NCBI GenBank assembly: GCA_902797855.1
Contig: CADBUI010000010.1
Location: forward strand, 39,370-103,369
From: an uncultured Erysipelotrichaceae bacterium
GTDB taxonomy: Bacteria; Bacillota_I; Bacilli_A; RFN20; CAG-826
DNA: 64,000 bases
Direction of reading: 5' to 3'
The first letter of the stretch is position 1. Every line of letters begins with the position of its first letter. Positions 16,484 to 26,258 of this stretch are shown in pieces. A program made the translations under genes and the position numbers. The notes under the pieces are model-generated. The model saw only the letters and a program-made list of their open reading frames with translations. It had not been told where the DNA came from and searched no databases.

Positions 16484-17755
16484 ATGTTTATCGATAGAGC
16501 TATAGTCGAAGTTAGAAGTGGCAAAGGTGGAGATGGCATGATTGCCTTTCTTCATGAAAAATATATGCCATATGGTGGCCCTAGTGGGGGAAACGGTGGA
16601 AGAGGAGCTTCCATTATTTTCCGTGCGAATAAATCAATAAATACTTTATATAATTATCGTCATTCAAAAGTAATCATCGGTAGAGATGGCGAAAAAGGTC
16701 TCACTAAAAATAAATATGGTAGAGGCGCGGATGATGTAATTGTTGAAGTTCCAGTTGGAACAGTTATATATGAAGAAAAAGACCACGTCTTCTTAGCGGA
16801 CCTATCAAAAGATGGTCAAACTGTAATGGTCGCTAAAGGAGGAAGAGGTGGTAGAGGTAACGCTGCATTTAAAAGCGATAAAAATAGAGTTCCTCGCATT
16901 GCTGAAAATGGATTACCTGGAGAAACTAAAAGATTAATTTTAGAATTAAAATTACTCGCTGATGTCGGTTTAGTAGGTTTACCAAATGCTGGTAAATCAA
17001 CTTTACTTAGTGTAGTTAGTAACGCTAATCCAGAAATTGCTGATTATCCATTTACAACAATTGAACCTAATTTGGGTGTTGTAAATGTTTCTAAATATGA
17101 ATCATTTGTTATGGCGGACCTTCCTGGACTTATTGAAGGCGCTCATTTAGGTAAAGGACTTGGACTCACTTTTTTAAGACATCTTGAAAGATGTAGAGTT
17201 ATTGTTCATCTTGTATCCATGGAAAGCGATGATCCATATAATGATTACAAAATTATTAAAGAAGAAATTAAATCATATGGATTAGGACTAGATAAACGTC
17301 CAACTATTATTGTTGCAAGTAAAGTTGAAGATGAAGAAACAACTAAAAAATATCTTTCTTTTAAGAAAAAACTTAAAAAAGATGTCATCGCTATTAGTTC
17401 ACTCACTCATGAAGGAATTAATGAACTTATAAATAAATGCCAAGAAATATTATCAGTCACTGATATCTTTCCTCTTGAAGAAGCTTCTAATAAAGTTCTT
17501 TCTAGAGTTTATGACGCTCATAAAGACATAGAAAAGATCTTTGAAATTGTTAAAGAAAAAGATCATGTTTACCGTATTCAAGGTAAATCAATTGAAAGAA
17601 CTTACTCTTTAATTAATATTTCCACAGATGAAGGACTTATGAGATTAATTAACTATCTACGAAAAGTAGGAGTGGAAGAAGAACTTAAAAATAAAGGTGC
17701 TGTAAGTGGAGATAGTGTCTACTTATGTGATTTTGAATTTGAATATTTGGAGTAA
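16484..17755 (+). CDS. obg: GTPase Obg
   Basis: 423 aa. Glycine-rich Obg fold (GGDGMIAF, GGPSGGNGGRG), G-domain GLPNAGKST and a C-terminal OCT domain. Confidence 0.95.
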   Translation: MFIDRAIVEVRSGKGGDGMIAFLHEKYMPYGGPSGGNGGRGASIIFRANKSINTLYNYRHSKVIIGRDGEKGLTKNKYGRGADDVIVEVPVGTVIYEEKDHVFLADLSKDGQTVMVAKGGRGGRGNAAFKSDKNRVPRIAENGLPGETKRLILELKLLADVGLVGLPNAGKSTLLSVVSNANPEIADYPFTTIEPNLGVVNVSKYESFVMADLPGLIEGAHLGKGLGLTFLRHLERCRVIVHLVSMESDDPYNDYKIIKEEIKSYGLGLDKRPTIIVASKVEDEETTKKYLSFKKKLKKDVIAISSLTHEGINELINKCQEILSVTDIFPLEEASNKVLSRVYDAHKDIEKIFEIVKEKDHVYRIQGKSIERTYSLINISTDEGLMRLINYLRKVGVEEELKNKGAVSGDSVYLCDFEFEYLE

Positions 17756-17758
17756 ATA

Positions 17759-18502
17759 ATGAAATTAGAAGAATATTTAATTGAAATTGAAAATTTCCTA
17801 AAGGAATATCTAGAGTCCAGCCATATGAAGGCTTATGTTTTAGGTCTTTCTGGTGGGGTTGATTCTTCTTTAGTAGCAGCAATCGCTAGAAAAGCTGTTG
17901 GTAAAGATAAATTATTTTGTTATTCTCTTCCAATTGATTCAAGTATCGATGATGAAAATGACGCAGTTAGAGTCGCTAAACAATTAGATTTAAATCTAAA
18001 AGTAGTGAATCTATCTAATACATATCATTCTTATTTAAAAGAAATTAATGGCGAAGAATTCTCTAGATTAACTAAAGCTAACTTAAAAGTTAGAATGAGA
18101 ATGGTAGCCTTATATGCCTACGCACAAGAACATAACGCTCTTGTTTTAGGCACCGATAACTGGGATGAAAGTTATGTCGGTTATTTTACTAAATATGGTG
18201 ATGGTGGAGTCGACCTCCTCCCAATCGTTAGACTAACTAAAGCTGAGGTGAGGAAAGCCGCTAAAATCTATGGAGTAAGTGATGATTTAGCGAACAGAGT
18301 CGCTTCAGCAGGTCTATTTGAAGGACAAACAGACGAAAAAGAAATGGGTGTGCTTTATAAGGATCTTGATGCTTATCTTCTCGGAGAAGAAATTGATGAA
18401 GCTAGTAAAGCTAGAATTGAACATCTTCATAAAATAAGTGAGCACAAAAGAAATCCTATTCCAATGGCCAAGCCATTTATTAGAGACAAGGAGGAAAGAT
18501 GA
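17759..18502 (+). CDS. nadE: NH3-dependent NAD+ synthetase
   Basis: 247 aa with the PP-loop GLSGGVDSSLVAAIA. Confidence 0.92.
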   Translation: MKLEEYLIEIENFLKEYLESSHMKAYVLGLSGGVDSSLVAAIARKAVGKDKLFCYSLPIDSSIDDENDAVRVAKQLDLNLKVVNLSNTYHSYLKEINGEEFSRLTKANLKVRMRMVALYAYAQEHNALVLGTDNWDESYVGYFTKYGDGGVDLLPIVRLTKAEVRKAAKIYGVSDDLANRVASAGLFEGQTDEKEMGVLYKDLDAYLLGEEIDEASKARIEHLHKISEHKRNPIPMAKPFIRDKEER

Positions 18503-18597
18503 GCGATAAAAGAATTAGTAAAGTCCTAATATCATCCTTATTAGCATGTCTAATATCTTTGATATTTATTATTCTATTTATTTTGCTATATCATTAA
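18499..18597 (+). CDS. unannotated small hydrophobic protein (32 aa)
   Basis: ATGA overlap with the nadE stop. GGAGG (18490-18494) lies 4 nt upstream. Product is MSDKRISKVLISSLLACLISLIFIILFILLYH. It ends 3 nt before ruvA. Confidence 0.45.
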   Translation: MSDKRISKVLISSLLACLISLIFIILFILLYH

Positions 18598-18600
18598 TTT

Positions 18601-19155
18601 ATGTATTTCTCATTTAAAGGTATTATCACTCATAAAGAAAAAGACTTTGTTGTCATTGAAGTTAATGACATCGGTTATCAAGTTTATGTCCCTCACCCAG
18701 AATCTTTTTCACTTAATGAAAAGACAAAGATTTATTTATATAACGTCGTAAGAGAAGACGAGCAATATCTCGCTGGATTTTCTTCATTAGAAGAAAAAGA
18801 AGCTTTCATTTCTCTTATATCCGTTAAAGGTATCGGACCAAGAACGGCCTTAAATGCCTTAAGTGCAACAAGCGCTAAAGAATTATTTAACGCAATCGCC
18901 GCTAATAATGTTACTTATTTAAAGAAACTTCCAGGTATTGGAGGAAAAGCTGCTTCTCAAATTATCCTTGATTTAAAAGGACATTTAACTACAAGCGAAG
19001 CTAATCCAAATCAATATGATGAAGTTAGAACTGCTCTTAAATCTTTAGGATTTAAAGTTAAAGATATAGATACTATCTTATCAACAATAAATATTCCAGA
19101 CGCTACTAACGAAGATATTCTTCGTGAAGCGCTTAAAAAACTAGGAAAGAAATAA
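18601..19155 (+). CDS. ruvA: Holliday junction DNA helicase RuvA
   Basis: 184 aa with HhH motifs ([19 protein letters not shown]). Confidence 0.93.
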   Translation: MYFSFKGIITHKEKDFVVIEVNDIGYQVYVPHPESFSLNEKTKIYLYNVVREDEQYLAGFSSLEEKEAFISLISVKGIGPRTALNALSATSAKELFNAIAANNVTYLKKLPGIGGKAASQIILDLKGHLTTSEANPNQYDEVRTALKSLGFKVKDIDTILSTINIPDATNEDILREALKKLGKK

Positions 19156-19156
19156 T

Positions 19157-20188
19157 ATGGCTAGACTAGTAGACGCAAATAAGCTAAAAGAAGATGACTC
19201 AGATGTATCACTTCGTCCTAGTAAACTAAGTGAATATGTTGGCCAAGAAGAACTTAAAAGAAATTTAAGGGTTTTTATTGGCGCAGCTAAACACAGAAAC
19301 GAAACTCTTGATCACGTTTTACTTTATGGCCCACCTGGACTAGGAAAAACAACACTCGCACATGTTATCGCTCATGAAATGAAAGGTAATATCAGGGTAA
19401 TTAATGGTCCATCCATTGAAAAAGCTGGTGATTTAGCTTCAATTTTATCTACTTTAGAAGCTGGAGATATTTTGTTTATCGATGAAATCCATAGATTACC
19501 TAGAGTAGTGGAAGAAGTGCTTTATGGAGCGATGGAAGATTTCCAACTTTCCATCATCATTCCTCGTGAAGGAGGAGCAACTTCTTTAAATCTAGATTTA
19601 CCTCCATTTACTTTAGTGGGAGCAACTACTCGTGCAGGAGATTTAACCGCTCCTCTTAGAGCACGTTTCGGTATTACCGAAAAAATTAACTATTACACTG
19701 AAAAAGAAATTGAACAGATTGTTAATCGAACAAGTAAAGTCTTTAAAACCACAATTGATGAAGGCGCTGCTAAACTAATCGCTCAAAGAAGTAGAGGAAC
19801 TCCTCGAATTGCTAATAGAATTTATCGAAGAGTTCGTGATTTTGCTAACTTTGAAGGAAAAGATCACATCACTAAAGAAGATGCAATTAATGCCTTAAAA
19901 GCTCTTAGAGTCGATTGTCTAGGTCTAGATGAAGTTGATGTTAAATATTTAGAAACAATTATCGACCGCTTTAATGGTGGTCCAGTTGGATTAGAAACAG
20001 TCGCTAGTGCTATCGGAGAAGAAGTCATGAACCTCGAGGATGTTTATGAACCTTATCTACTCCAAATTGGAATGATTAACCGCACTCCAAGAGGTAGAGT
20101 AGTAACCGAGAAAGCCTATCAGCATCTTGAAAAATATCATGGAAGAAATCTACTAAAAGTAGATTCAGTAAAATTATTTGATGAATAA
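19157..20188 (+). CDS. ruvB: Holliday junction DNA helicase RuvB
   Basis: 343 aa with Walker [17 protein letters not shown] and RGTPRIANR. Confidence 0.96.
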   Translation: MARLVDANKLKEDDSDVSLRPSKLSEYVGQEELKRNLRVFIGAAKHRNETLDHVLLYGPPGLGKTTLAHVIAHEMKGNIRVINGPSIEKAGDLASILSTLEAGDILFIDEIHRLPRVVEEVLYGAMEDFQLSIIIPREGGATSLNLDLPPFTLVGATTRAGDLTAPLRARFGITEKINYYTEKEIEQIVNRTSKVFKTTIDEGAAKLIAQRSRGTPRIANRIYRRVRDFANFEGKDHITKEDAINALKALRVDCLGLDEVDVKYLETIIDRFNGGPVGLETVASAIGEEVMNLEDVYEPYLLQIGMINRTPRGRVVTEKAYQHLEKYHGRNLLKVDSVKLFDE

Positions 20189-21425
20189 TAGAGTTTTTGT
20201 TTGTCTATTATTTGCTTGTTTTTCACTATCAGCGTGTGCTTCTTTTGATATGTCTCGTTTATCAAATGATGCTTCTAATGAAAGTGGATCTACTCCAGGA
20301 GAAACTCCAAAAGATGATTCATATATCGATGATGGTGTAGTAGGAACAAATACACTTACTATAAATTCGGATACTTTCACAAATATAGGAAATTATTCAA
20401 CTGGTAATTACACGAATGTGTATAGTGCTTCAGAAATAAATACAATTGATGAAATTAGTTTTATGCATTACCGCGCCGTTAGAGAAAGTGGATATGCTAT
20501 GAAGCTTCTTCCATATATTGAGTCAAATACAGATGGAACTAGACCAGGAGCGATATATAACTCAATAGATACTCCAATTAAAGGAATAACCGATATTGAA
20601 ATTACCTATAAAAACGTTGGTTCTTCATCAAGTGGATTATCTTTAAAACTTGGACAAAATAGAATTTATAACGATGAGTTTACAATTGTAGGTGAATATG
20701 TTTCAGGTTCGACTCAAAGTAAGAATTTTAGAGTGAGAAAATATGACCCATATTATTTCCAAATCGAAAGTGCTGGAAGTAGTTTATATATTGAATCTAT
20801 TAGTATTAAATATACTAATAAAGGTGAAGATAGAGCCACTACTTATAATAATAGTGGAGCAGGAAAAATAAGATCAAAAATTACTAAGCAAGTTTCTCTA
20901 ATTGATGGTTCAACTAGTGGCCAAGCTAAAGATAAAAACGGTCAATTAAAAACTTATACATATTATTCGTATTCGTATTGTCAGAGTAATCCAGAAGTAG
21001 CACCTAACGCTGTTCAAACTGATCCAGTTGATGTTTCAAATTATTACCTTCTTTTTGGATGTGCTCCTGCTAATTATGGTTCATCAACAAGTGCGACTTC
21101 TTCCGTATTTGGAAGTGATTCAAGGCAAGTATCGAATTACTACAGTCGCACGGATGGATATGTACAGGCATTTGCAGGTGGCGTAAGTTCTCCTAAATAC
21201 ATTGAACTCGATATAGGTGTCGGTGGACAATATAACGGTCGAGGAGTAGGACGAGTTGTCGTCTTTGAAAAAGGAATTAATGGTTATGACTCATTTATGG
21301 CTGTTTACACTGATGATCACTACGCTACATTCCAAGAATATTTAAATGATGGAACATTTTCAGCTAGATTTAACGCTCAATGTCCAGTTACTAACTACAT
21401 TCATTCCTTACCTACTATGACTTAA
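20178..21425 (+). CDS. lipoprotein with C-terminal barnase/RNase Sa-family ribonuclease domain
   Basis: Lipobox LSA|C. C-terminal YIELDI...[10 protein letters not shown]...YTDDHYATF matches the catalytic Glu/Arg/His context of the microbial RNases barnase and RNase Sa (YYTGDHYATF). Confidence 0.75.
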   Translation: MMNNRVFVCLLFACFSLSACASFDMSRLSNDASNESGSTPGETPKDDSYIDDGVVGTNTLTINSDTFTNIGNYSTGNYTNVYSASEINTIDEISFMHYRAVRESGYAMKLLPYIESNTDGTRPGAIYNSIDTPIKGITDIEITYKNVGSSSSGLSLKLGQNRIYNDEFTIVGEYVSGSTQSKNFRVRKYDPYYFQIESAGSSLYIESISIKYTNKGEDRATTYNNSGAGKIRSKITKQVSLIDGSTSGQAKDKNGQLKTYTYYSYSYCQSNPEVAPNAVQTDPVDVSNYYLLFGCAPANYGSSTSATSSVFGSDSRQVSNYYSRTDGYVQAFAGGVSSPKYIELDIGVGGQYNGRGVGRVVVFEKGINGYDSFMAVYTDDHYATFQEYLNDGTFSARFNAQCPVTNYIHSLPTMT

Positions 21426-21566
21426 TAACTATTTTTAGTAAATACTAGAAATAGAGATGATTTTCCGCTATCTACTTTTTCGTTGCATTACTTATAAATA
21501 AGTAGTATTCTTTATTTCGGTACACACTGTTACTTTTAAATTTTTATATAGAAACGGAAACTAAAT

Positions 21567-24233
21567 ATGAGAAGATTAATTGGTTATATCTTATTAGCCC
21601 TCACTATGCTTGTGTGCGTGGGCGTAGCATTCACGCCTGTTTTCACTTCGATGAATCCAGGAAGAGAATATTCAAGCGGTAATGAAATTGTCTATCAACT
21701 TAAAAGTGTTGAAACTGATGATGAAGGAAATCATTTAGATATTAGTGAAACTGATACTGGAATTGATAAAGTCGTCACCGAAATGAAAAGCCGTCTTGAA
21801 GATTATGGTGTTGAAGACTATTCAGTTAAAGTGGAAGGAAATAATTCCATCCGTGTTAGTGTTTCCGTTAAAGATAGTAATGAACTCTCATATATCCGTC
21901 GCTATTTAGCCTTCTCAGGAAAAGATTTTTCCCTCACTAACTCAAAAGACGCTCGTGTTGATCAAGCTGATTTAATTGGAGATAAGAAAGCATATATTGT
22001 TCGTGAACAAGACGTTTTCCCATATTTAATTATTCCAGTAAATAACACCGAAAAAGTCAGAACTTTAGTAGATGATGTCTCTACTGAGACAAATAAAGAA
22101 GAAGCTATTAGAAGAGTTCTTCCTCACCGCGCTGAAGGAGAAGGAGAAGCAACTCCAGTCATCTATTTATGGTCAAACATCGATGATGATGCTCCTAGCT
22201 ATGAAGAAGCAAGCAAAGATAATGTTTATATTCAAAAACATTTAATCCGTTCTTTCGTCGCTAATAATTTCTGGTATGAGAAATCAAGCGAAGAAAAAAC
22301 AGAGATTGCTATCTTATTTGGTCAAAAAGAACAAGATAGTGAAAACTATGACACTACTAAACTAGAAGCTGCTAATAAAGAAGCAAATTATTATCTTCAT
22401 TTATTAAATGCAACAAGTTATGAATATTTCGTTGAAGATCTATTCGTTACTGAATCAAGTGAAGGCATTACCTATAATTCAATCGTTTCAAAAGCAAGTT
22501 TAGAAAATCTTCTCAACTTCTCTAGCGATGTTAACGTTGCAATTTCATTGACTTTAATTTCAACTCTAGTTGCTATTGGAGTTGTTAGCTTAATTCTTGT
22601 CTTATTCTATCGCTTAAGTGCTTTAGGAATGGCTGCAAACACTATTTCAAGTGTCTTTTTAACATACTTATTATTTAGCTTAATGCATTCAACATTTAAT
22701 ATTGGCGCAGTAGTGGGAGGAGTCTTACTTGCTATTTCCTCTTTAGCTTTAGAGATCTATTACGCTAATAAATTTAAAGAAGAAGTTTATAAAGGTCGTA
22801 GCTTAAAGAAAGCTAACCAAGAAGCTACTAAGAAAATTAATTTAATTTCAATCGATGTTGCTGTTGTTACTGCATTTATTGGTTTAATGCTTTATTTCCT
22901 TGGTGGAAACGCTCTTAAATCAATGGGTGTTATTCTCTTCTTTGGTGCAATTGTTTCATTACTTATGAACCTTGTAGTCTTTAGACTACTTAATTGGTTA
23001 CTCACTAATGAAACACATCTACAAAAAGAATATCGCATGTTTAACATCGATGAAAAGAATGTTCCAAGCGTTAGTGATACTTCTGAAAAGAAGAACTATG
23101 AAGGAGCTTACCAAGATAAAGACTTCACAAAACATAAAAAAGTCGCTGGTATAATTTCTGGTGTCCTTTTACTTGCCTCAATTGTTGGATTCTCCGTTTT
23201 TGGAGCGCTTAATGGTTCAGCCCTTAATACATCAAGTGTCCAAAGCGATTCCACAATTGTTTATGTTTCAATTAAAGCTGATAACCCAGAACTTGATTCC
23301 ACTGATACATTTAAGAAAGAAGTTCTTTCCCAAATCGAAGTTAAAGGCGAAAAACTTATCATCGTTAATGAAGATGGTACCTTTAAAGCAAATCAAGGTG
23401 TTGATGTCACAAGTGAAAAACGTGCCACTTATAATAGTGAAACTACAACAACCACAAATTATAACTACTTTGTAGTTACTCTTGATACTAAGCTCACAAG
23501 TGAAGAACTTAACCTAGTTCAAGAAAGTTTCCAAAGTGTCGTTGAAACTATCGAAGTTAAATCTGATCAAGATATCGTTGTCAGCGCTAAAAACACTCAC
23601 GAAACAGTTAATACTCCATCACAAATGTGGGTTGCTGTTGCAACTGCAGTTGGTATTGCTGGAGCAGCACTTTATGTTGCCTTTAGATATAAACCATCAA
23701 GAGGTCTTGCTTTACTTCTTACTAGTGCATCTAGCTCAGCCATCACCTTTGGTGTCTTAACTCTTGCAAGAATTCCAACAAGTGCGATTACTTCATTAGT
23801 AGTTCCAACTGTTGCCTTACTTTCTATTCTTGGTTCGCTATATTTCTTCTCTAAACAAAAAGATATGCTTAGTGAAGAAAAGAGCGACATTGATTTGGCT
23901 CGTAGAAACGAAATTATGAAGAAAGCAGTCGCTATTAGCGCATCTCCATTAATTATCTTCTCAATCGTTAGTGGATATATTTCTATTAACTACTTCGGAT
24001 TTGGACCTATCTCTTTAGCGGTCCTATTTGGAGGAATGCTTTTAGGAGTAATTATCTCACTTATCTTAAATCTCATCATTCTTGGACCATTATCAAGTGT
24101 CTTTGAAAAGATGTTTAAGAAGATTAAACTTCCAAAATTCACACGTAAACCAAAAAGAGAAAAGATTAAACTTCAAGGTAAGAAGAATTCAAGCGAACCT
24201 GAAGAAACTATCTTTATTGGTATTAATGACTAA
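21567..24233 (+). CDS. secDF: protein translocase subunit SecDF (fused)
   Basis: 888 aa with two six-TM blocks, each preceded by a large extracytoplasmic loop. Its position upstream of recJ matches Bacillus. Confidence 0.88.
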   Translation: MRRLIGYILLALTMLVCVGVAFTPVFTSMNPGREYSSGNEIVYQLKSVETDDEGNHLDISETDTGIDKVVTEMKSRLEDYGVEDYSVKVEGNNSIRVSVSVKDSNELSYIRRYLAFSGKDFSLTNSKDARVDQADLIGDKKAYIVREQDVFPYLIIPVNNTEKVRTLVDDVSTETNKEEAIRRVLPHRAEGEGEATPVIYLWSNIDDDAPSYEEASKDNVYIQKHLIRSFVANNFWYEKSSEEKTEIAILFGQKEQDSENYDTTKLEAANKEANYYLHLLNATSYEYFVEDLFVTESSEGITYNSIVSKASLENLLNFSSDVNVAISLTLISTLVAIGVVSLILVLFYRLSALGMAANTISSVFLTYLLFSLMHSTFNIGAVVGGVLLAISSLALEIYYANKFKEEVYKGRSLKKANQEATKKINLISIDVAVVTAFIGLMLYFLGGNALKSMGVILFFGAIVSLLMNLVVFRLLNWLLTNETHLQKEYRMFNIDEKNVPSVSDTSEKKNYEGAYQDKDFTKHKKVAGIISGVLLLASIVGFSVFGALNGSALNTSSVQSDSTIVYVSIKADNPELDSTDTFKKEVLSQIEVKGEKLIIVNEDGTFKANQGVDVTSEKRATYNSETTTTTNYNYFVVTLDTKLTSEELNLVQESFQSVVETIEVKSDQDIVVSAKNTHETVNTPSQMWVAVATAVGIAGAALYVAFRYKPSRGLALLLTSASSSAITFGVLTLARIPTSAITSLVVPTVALLSILGSLYFFSKQKDMLSEEKSDIDLARRNEIMKKAVAISASPLIIFSIVSGYISINYFGFGPISLAVLFGGMLLGVIISLILNLIILGPLSSVFEKMFKKIKLPKFTRKPKREKIKLQGKKNSSEPEETIFIGIND

Positions 24234-24239
24234 TTTATA

Positions 24240-24263
24240 GGGTGCTACGCACCCTTTAATTTT
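24240..24263 (+). terminator. hairpin/terminator after secDF, abutting the recJ start
   Basis: GGGTGC-TAC-GCACCC followed by TTTAATTTT and then ATG 24264. Confidence 0.55.
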
Positions 24264-25832
24264 ATGAACTTTTTAGATAAACTCTTAAACTATTATTCTT
24301 TAACTAAAGAAGAATATGAATATATGTCTCGTCCTCTTAGTGAGGTCACTTTAATTAACGCTAAAAAGATTAAAGGAATAGAAAAAGTCACTGATCGAAT
24401 TTTTAACGCTATTTCAAGTAAAGAAAAAATCATTATTTATGGCGATTATGATTGTGATGGTATAACTGCCACCTCAATACTTGTTAAGACATTTAAAAAG
24501 CTTAATTATGAGGTTTCATATTATATTCCATCTAGATATATTGATGGATACGGATTAAATGTCACTAACGTTAGAAAAATTAAAGATGCTGGATTTAATT
24601 TAATTATTGCGGTGGATAATGGAATAGCCGCGCATGAAGCAATCAATGAAGCAAACAAGTTGGGAATGGATGTTTTAGTAGTGGATCATCACGAAGTTCC
24701 AAAAGATTTACCTTTGGTAAACGCAGTAGGAATTCTTCATCCTATTGTTAGTGAAATCTCTCCCTATTATGAATCTGCTGGATATCTATCAGCGATTCTA
24801 TCAAGTGCATTGCTAGGACAATATGATCCTTATTTAGTGACTCTAGGTGGACTAAGTGTAATCTCTGATTTAATGGAATTAAAGGGGATTAACCGCGATG
24901 TTGTTAGAATTGCGATAAATAATCTAAAAAATGATAAATATCTTCAATTAATGCTTCTTTTAGATTCACCAGTTATAAGTGAAAAATCATTTTCAATGGA
25001 AATCGCTCCGAAGATAAACGCTATTGGTAGATTAATCGAGGATAAAAACGTTAATTTAATCGTTAAATATCTCACTAGTGAAGATAGAGATGAAATTATT
25101 AGATATCATTCCTGGATTAATAATATTAATTTAGAAAGAAAAGAACTCACTAAAGAAGTAGTGGAGTCTCTTCCAAAAGAAGAATGTGAAAGTGATGGTA
25201 TTGTCTTAAAACTTGACGTTAAAGAAGGATTAATTGGATTAATCGCGAATAGACTTCTTGGAGAATATAATAAACCAACCATTATTTTTACTTCTGATAG
25301 TAATGATCCTTCTATTTTAAAAGGTAGCATTCGTTCAAAAGAAGGCTTTAATGTCACCAAAGCTTTTGCTTCACTAGATAAATATCTCCTTACAGGAGGA
25401 GGTCACGCTTTAGCGGGTGGACTTTCTATTAAGGCAAGTAATTTCGAAGCTTTTAAAGCAGATTTTAACGCTTTAGCGAAAGAATATAAAATAATCGAAG
25501 TAGTGGAAGAATCTATTCCTCTTGAATTAAACGAGATAAATACAGAAAATTATAAGATTTATCGCTCTTTAGCCCCTTATGGAATGGGCTTTAAGGAACC
25601 TTTATTTAAAATTAATCATTTACCAACTAGATCATTAACCTTTATTTCTGAAGGTAAACATTTATCCACTCCATTAACTATTAAGACAAAGTTGCTTGGT
25701 TTTAATATGTCGGAAAAAGAAGTTAAAGCGCTTAGATATATTAATTTATATGGGAATTTAAATTTATCCTCTTTTAATAACAAAGAAACAATTGAATTTA
25801 GAATAAATAAATATGAAGAATCAATAAATTAA
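24264..25832 (+). CDS. recJ: single-stranded-DNA-specific exonuclease RecJ (short form)
   Basis: 522 aa with DHH motifs (YGDYDCDGITA, DNGI, DHH) and DHHA1 GGGHALAGG. No SD is visible at the start. Confidence 0.88.
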   Translation: MNFLDKLLNYYSLTKEEYEYMSRPLSEVTLINAKKIKGIEKVTDRIFNAISSKEKIIIYGDYDCDGITATSILVKTFKKLNYEVSYYIPSRYIDGYGLNVTNVRKIKDAGFNLIIAVDNGIAAHEAINEANKLGMDVLVVDHHEVPKDLPLVNAVGILHPIVSEISPYYESAGYLSAILSSALLGQYDPYLVTLGGLSVISDLMELKGINRDVVRIAINNLKNDKYLQLMLLLDSPVISEKSFSMEIAPKINAIGRLIEDKNVNLIVKYLTSEDRDEIIRYHSWINNINLERKELTKEVVESLPKEECESDGIVLKLDVKEGLIGLIANRLLGEYNKPTIIFTSDSNDPSILKGSIRSKEGFNVTKAFASLDKYLLTGGGHALAGGLSIKASNFEAFKADFNALAKEYKIIEVVEESIPLELNEINTENYKIYRSLAPYGMGFKEPLFKINHLPTRSLTFISEGKHLSTPLTIKTKLLGFNMSEKEVKALRYINLYGNLNLSSFNNKETIEFRINKYEESIN

Positions 25833-25845
25833 TACAATATTAATA

Positions 25846-25873
25846 TTGTATTATATACCACACATGATATAAT
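25846..25873 (+). promoter_or_regulatory. strong candidate promoter overlapping an 18-bp palindrome
   Basis: TTGTAT (25846-25851), 16-nt spacer, TG-a-TATAAT (25865-25873). The palindrome TACAATATTAATATTGTA spans 25833-25850. Confidence 0.55.
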
Positions 25874-25922
25874 GTTATTGGTATGGATTAAAGTGAAAAA
25901 ACGTAACTGAAAGGAGTAAAAT

Positions 25923-26258
25923 ATGGTTACAAAATATTTTTCACAATGTCCACAATAATCCTGTGGAAGTGCATTTTATCAAGGGAGAAAATGCATTTTA
26001 TTTGTCTCAAAATGATATTGCGACTTTATTTGAGAAATCCCAACAATCCATTTCAAAACAGCTGCAAAATGTTTTGATGAGCGAAGAAGACTTATCAGTC
26101 CAAAATGGTTGTAAGATGCTACCTGTTGTTACAACTAATGGCCGAAAAGTTAACAAAAATGTTACAACATTTCCTTGCTTCGACTAATTGCTAAACCAGC
26201 TAATTTAGCAAATGTTGAATCACTCGAACAATTCATCGAAAAAGAATTTGGAAGGAGG
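25923..26258 (+). pseudogene. decayed RhuM-like N-terminal gene copy
   Basis: RBS plus ATG 25923 opens an 11-codon frame. Homology to the downstream gene (AFYLSQNDIATLFEKSQQSISKQL vs IWLSLNQIASLFERDKSVISRHI) continues in a second frame and stops at the YNLD position. A residual LIA...QF trace appears in a third frame. Confidence 0.6.
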
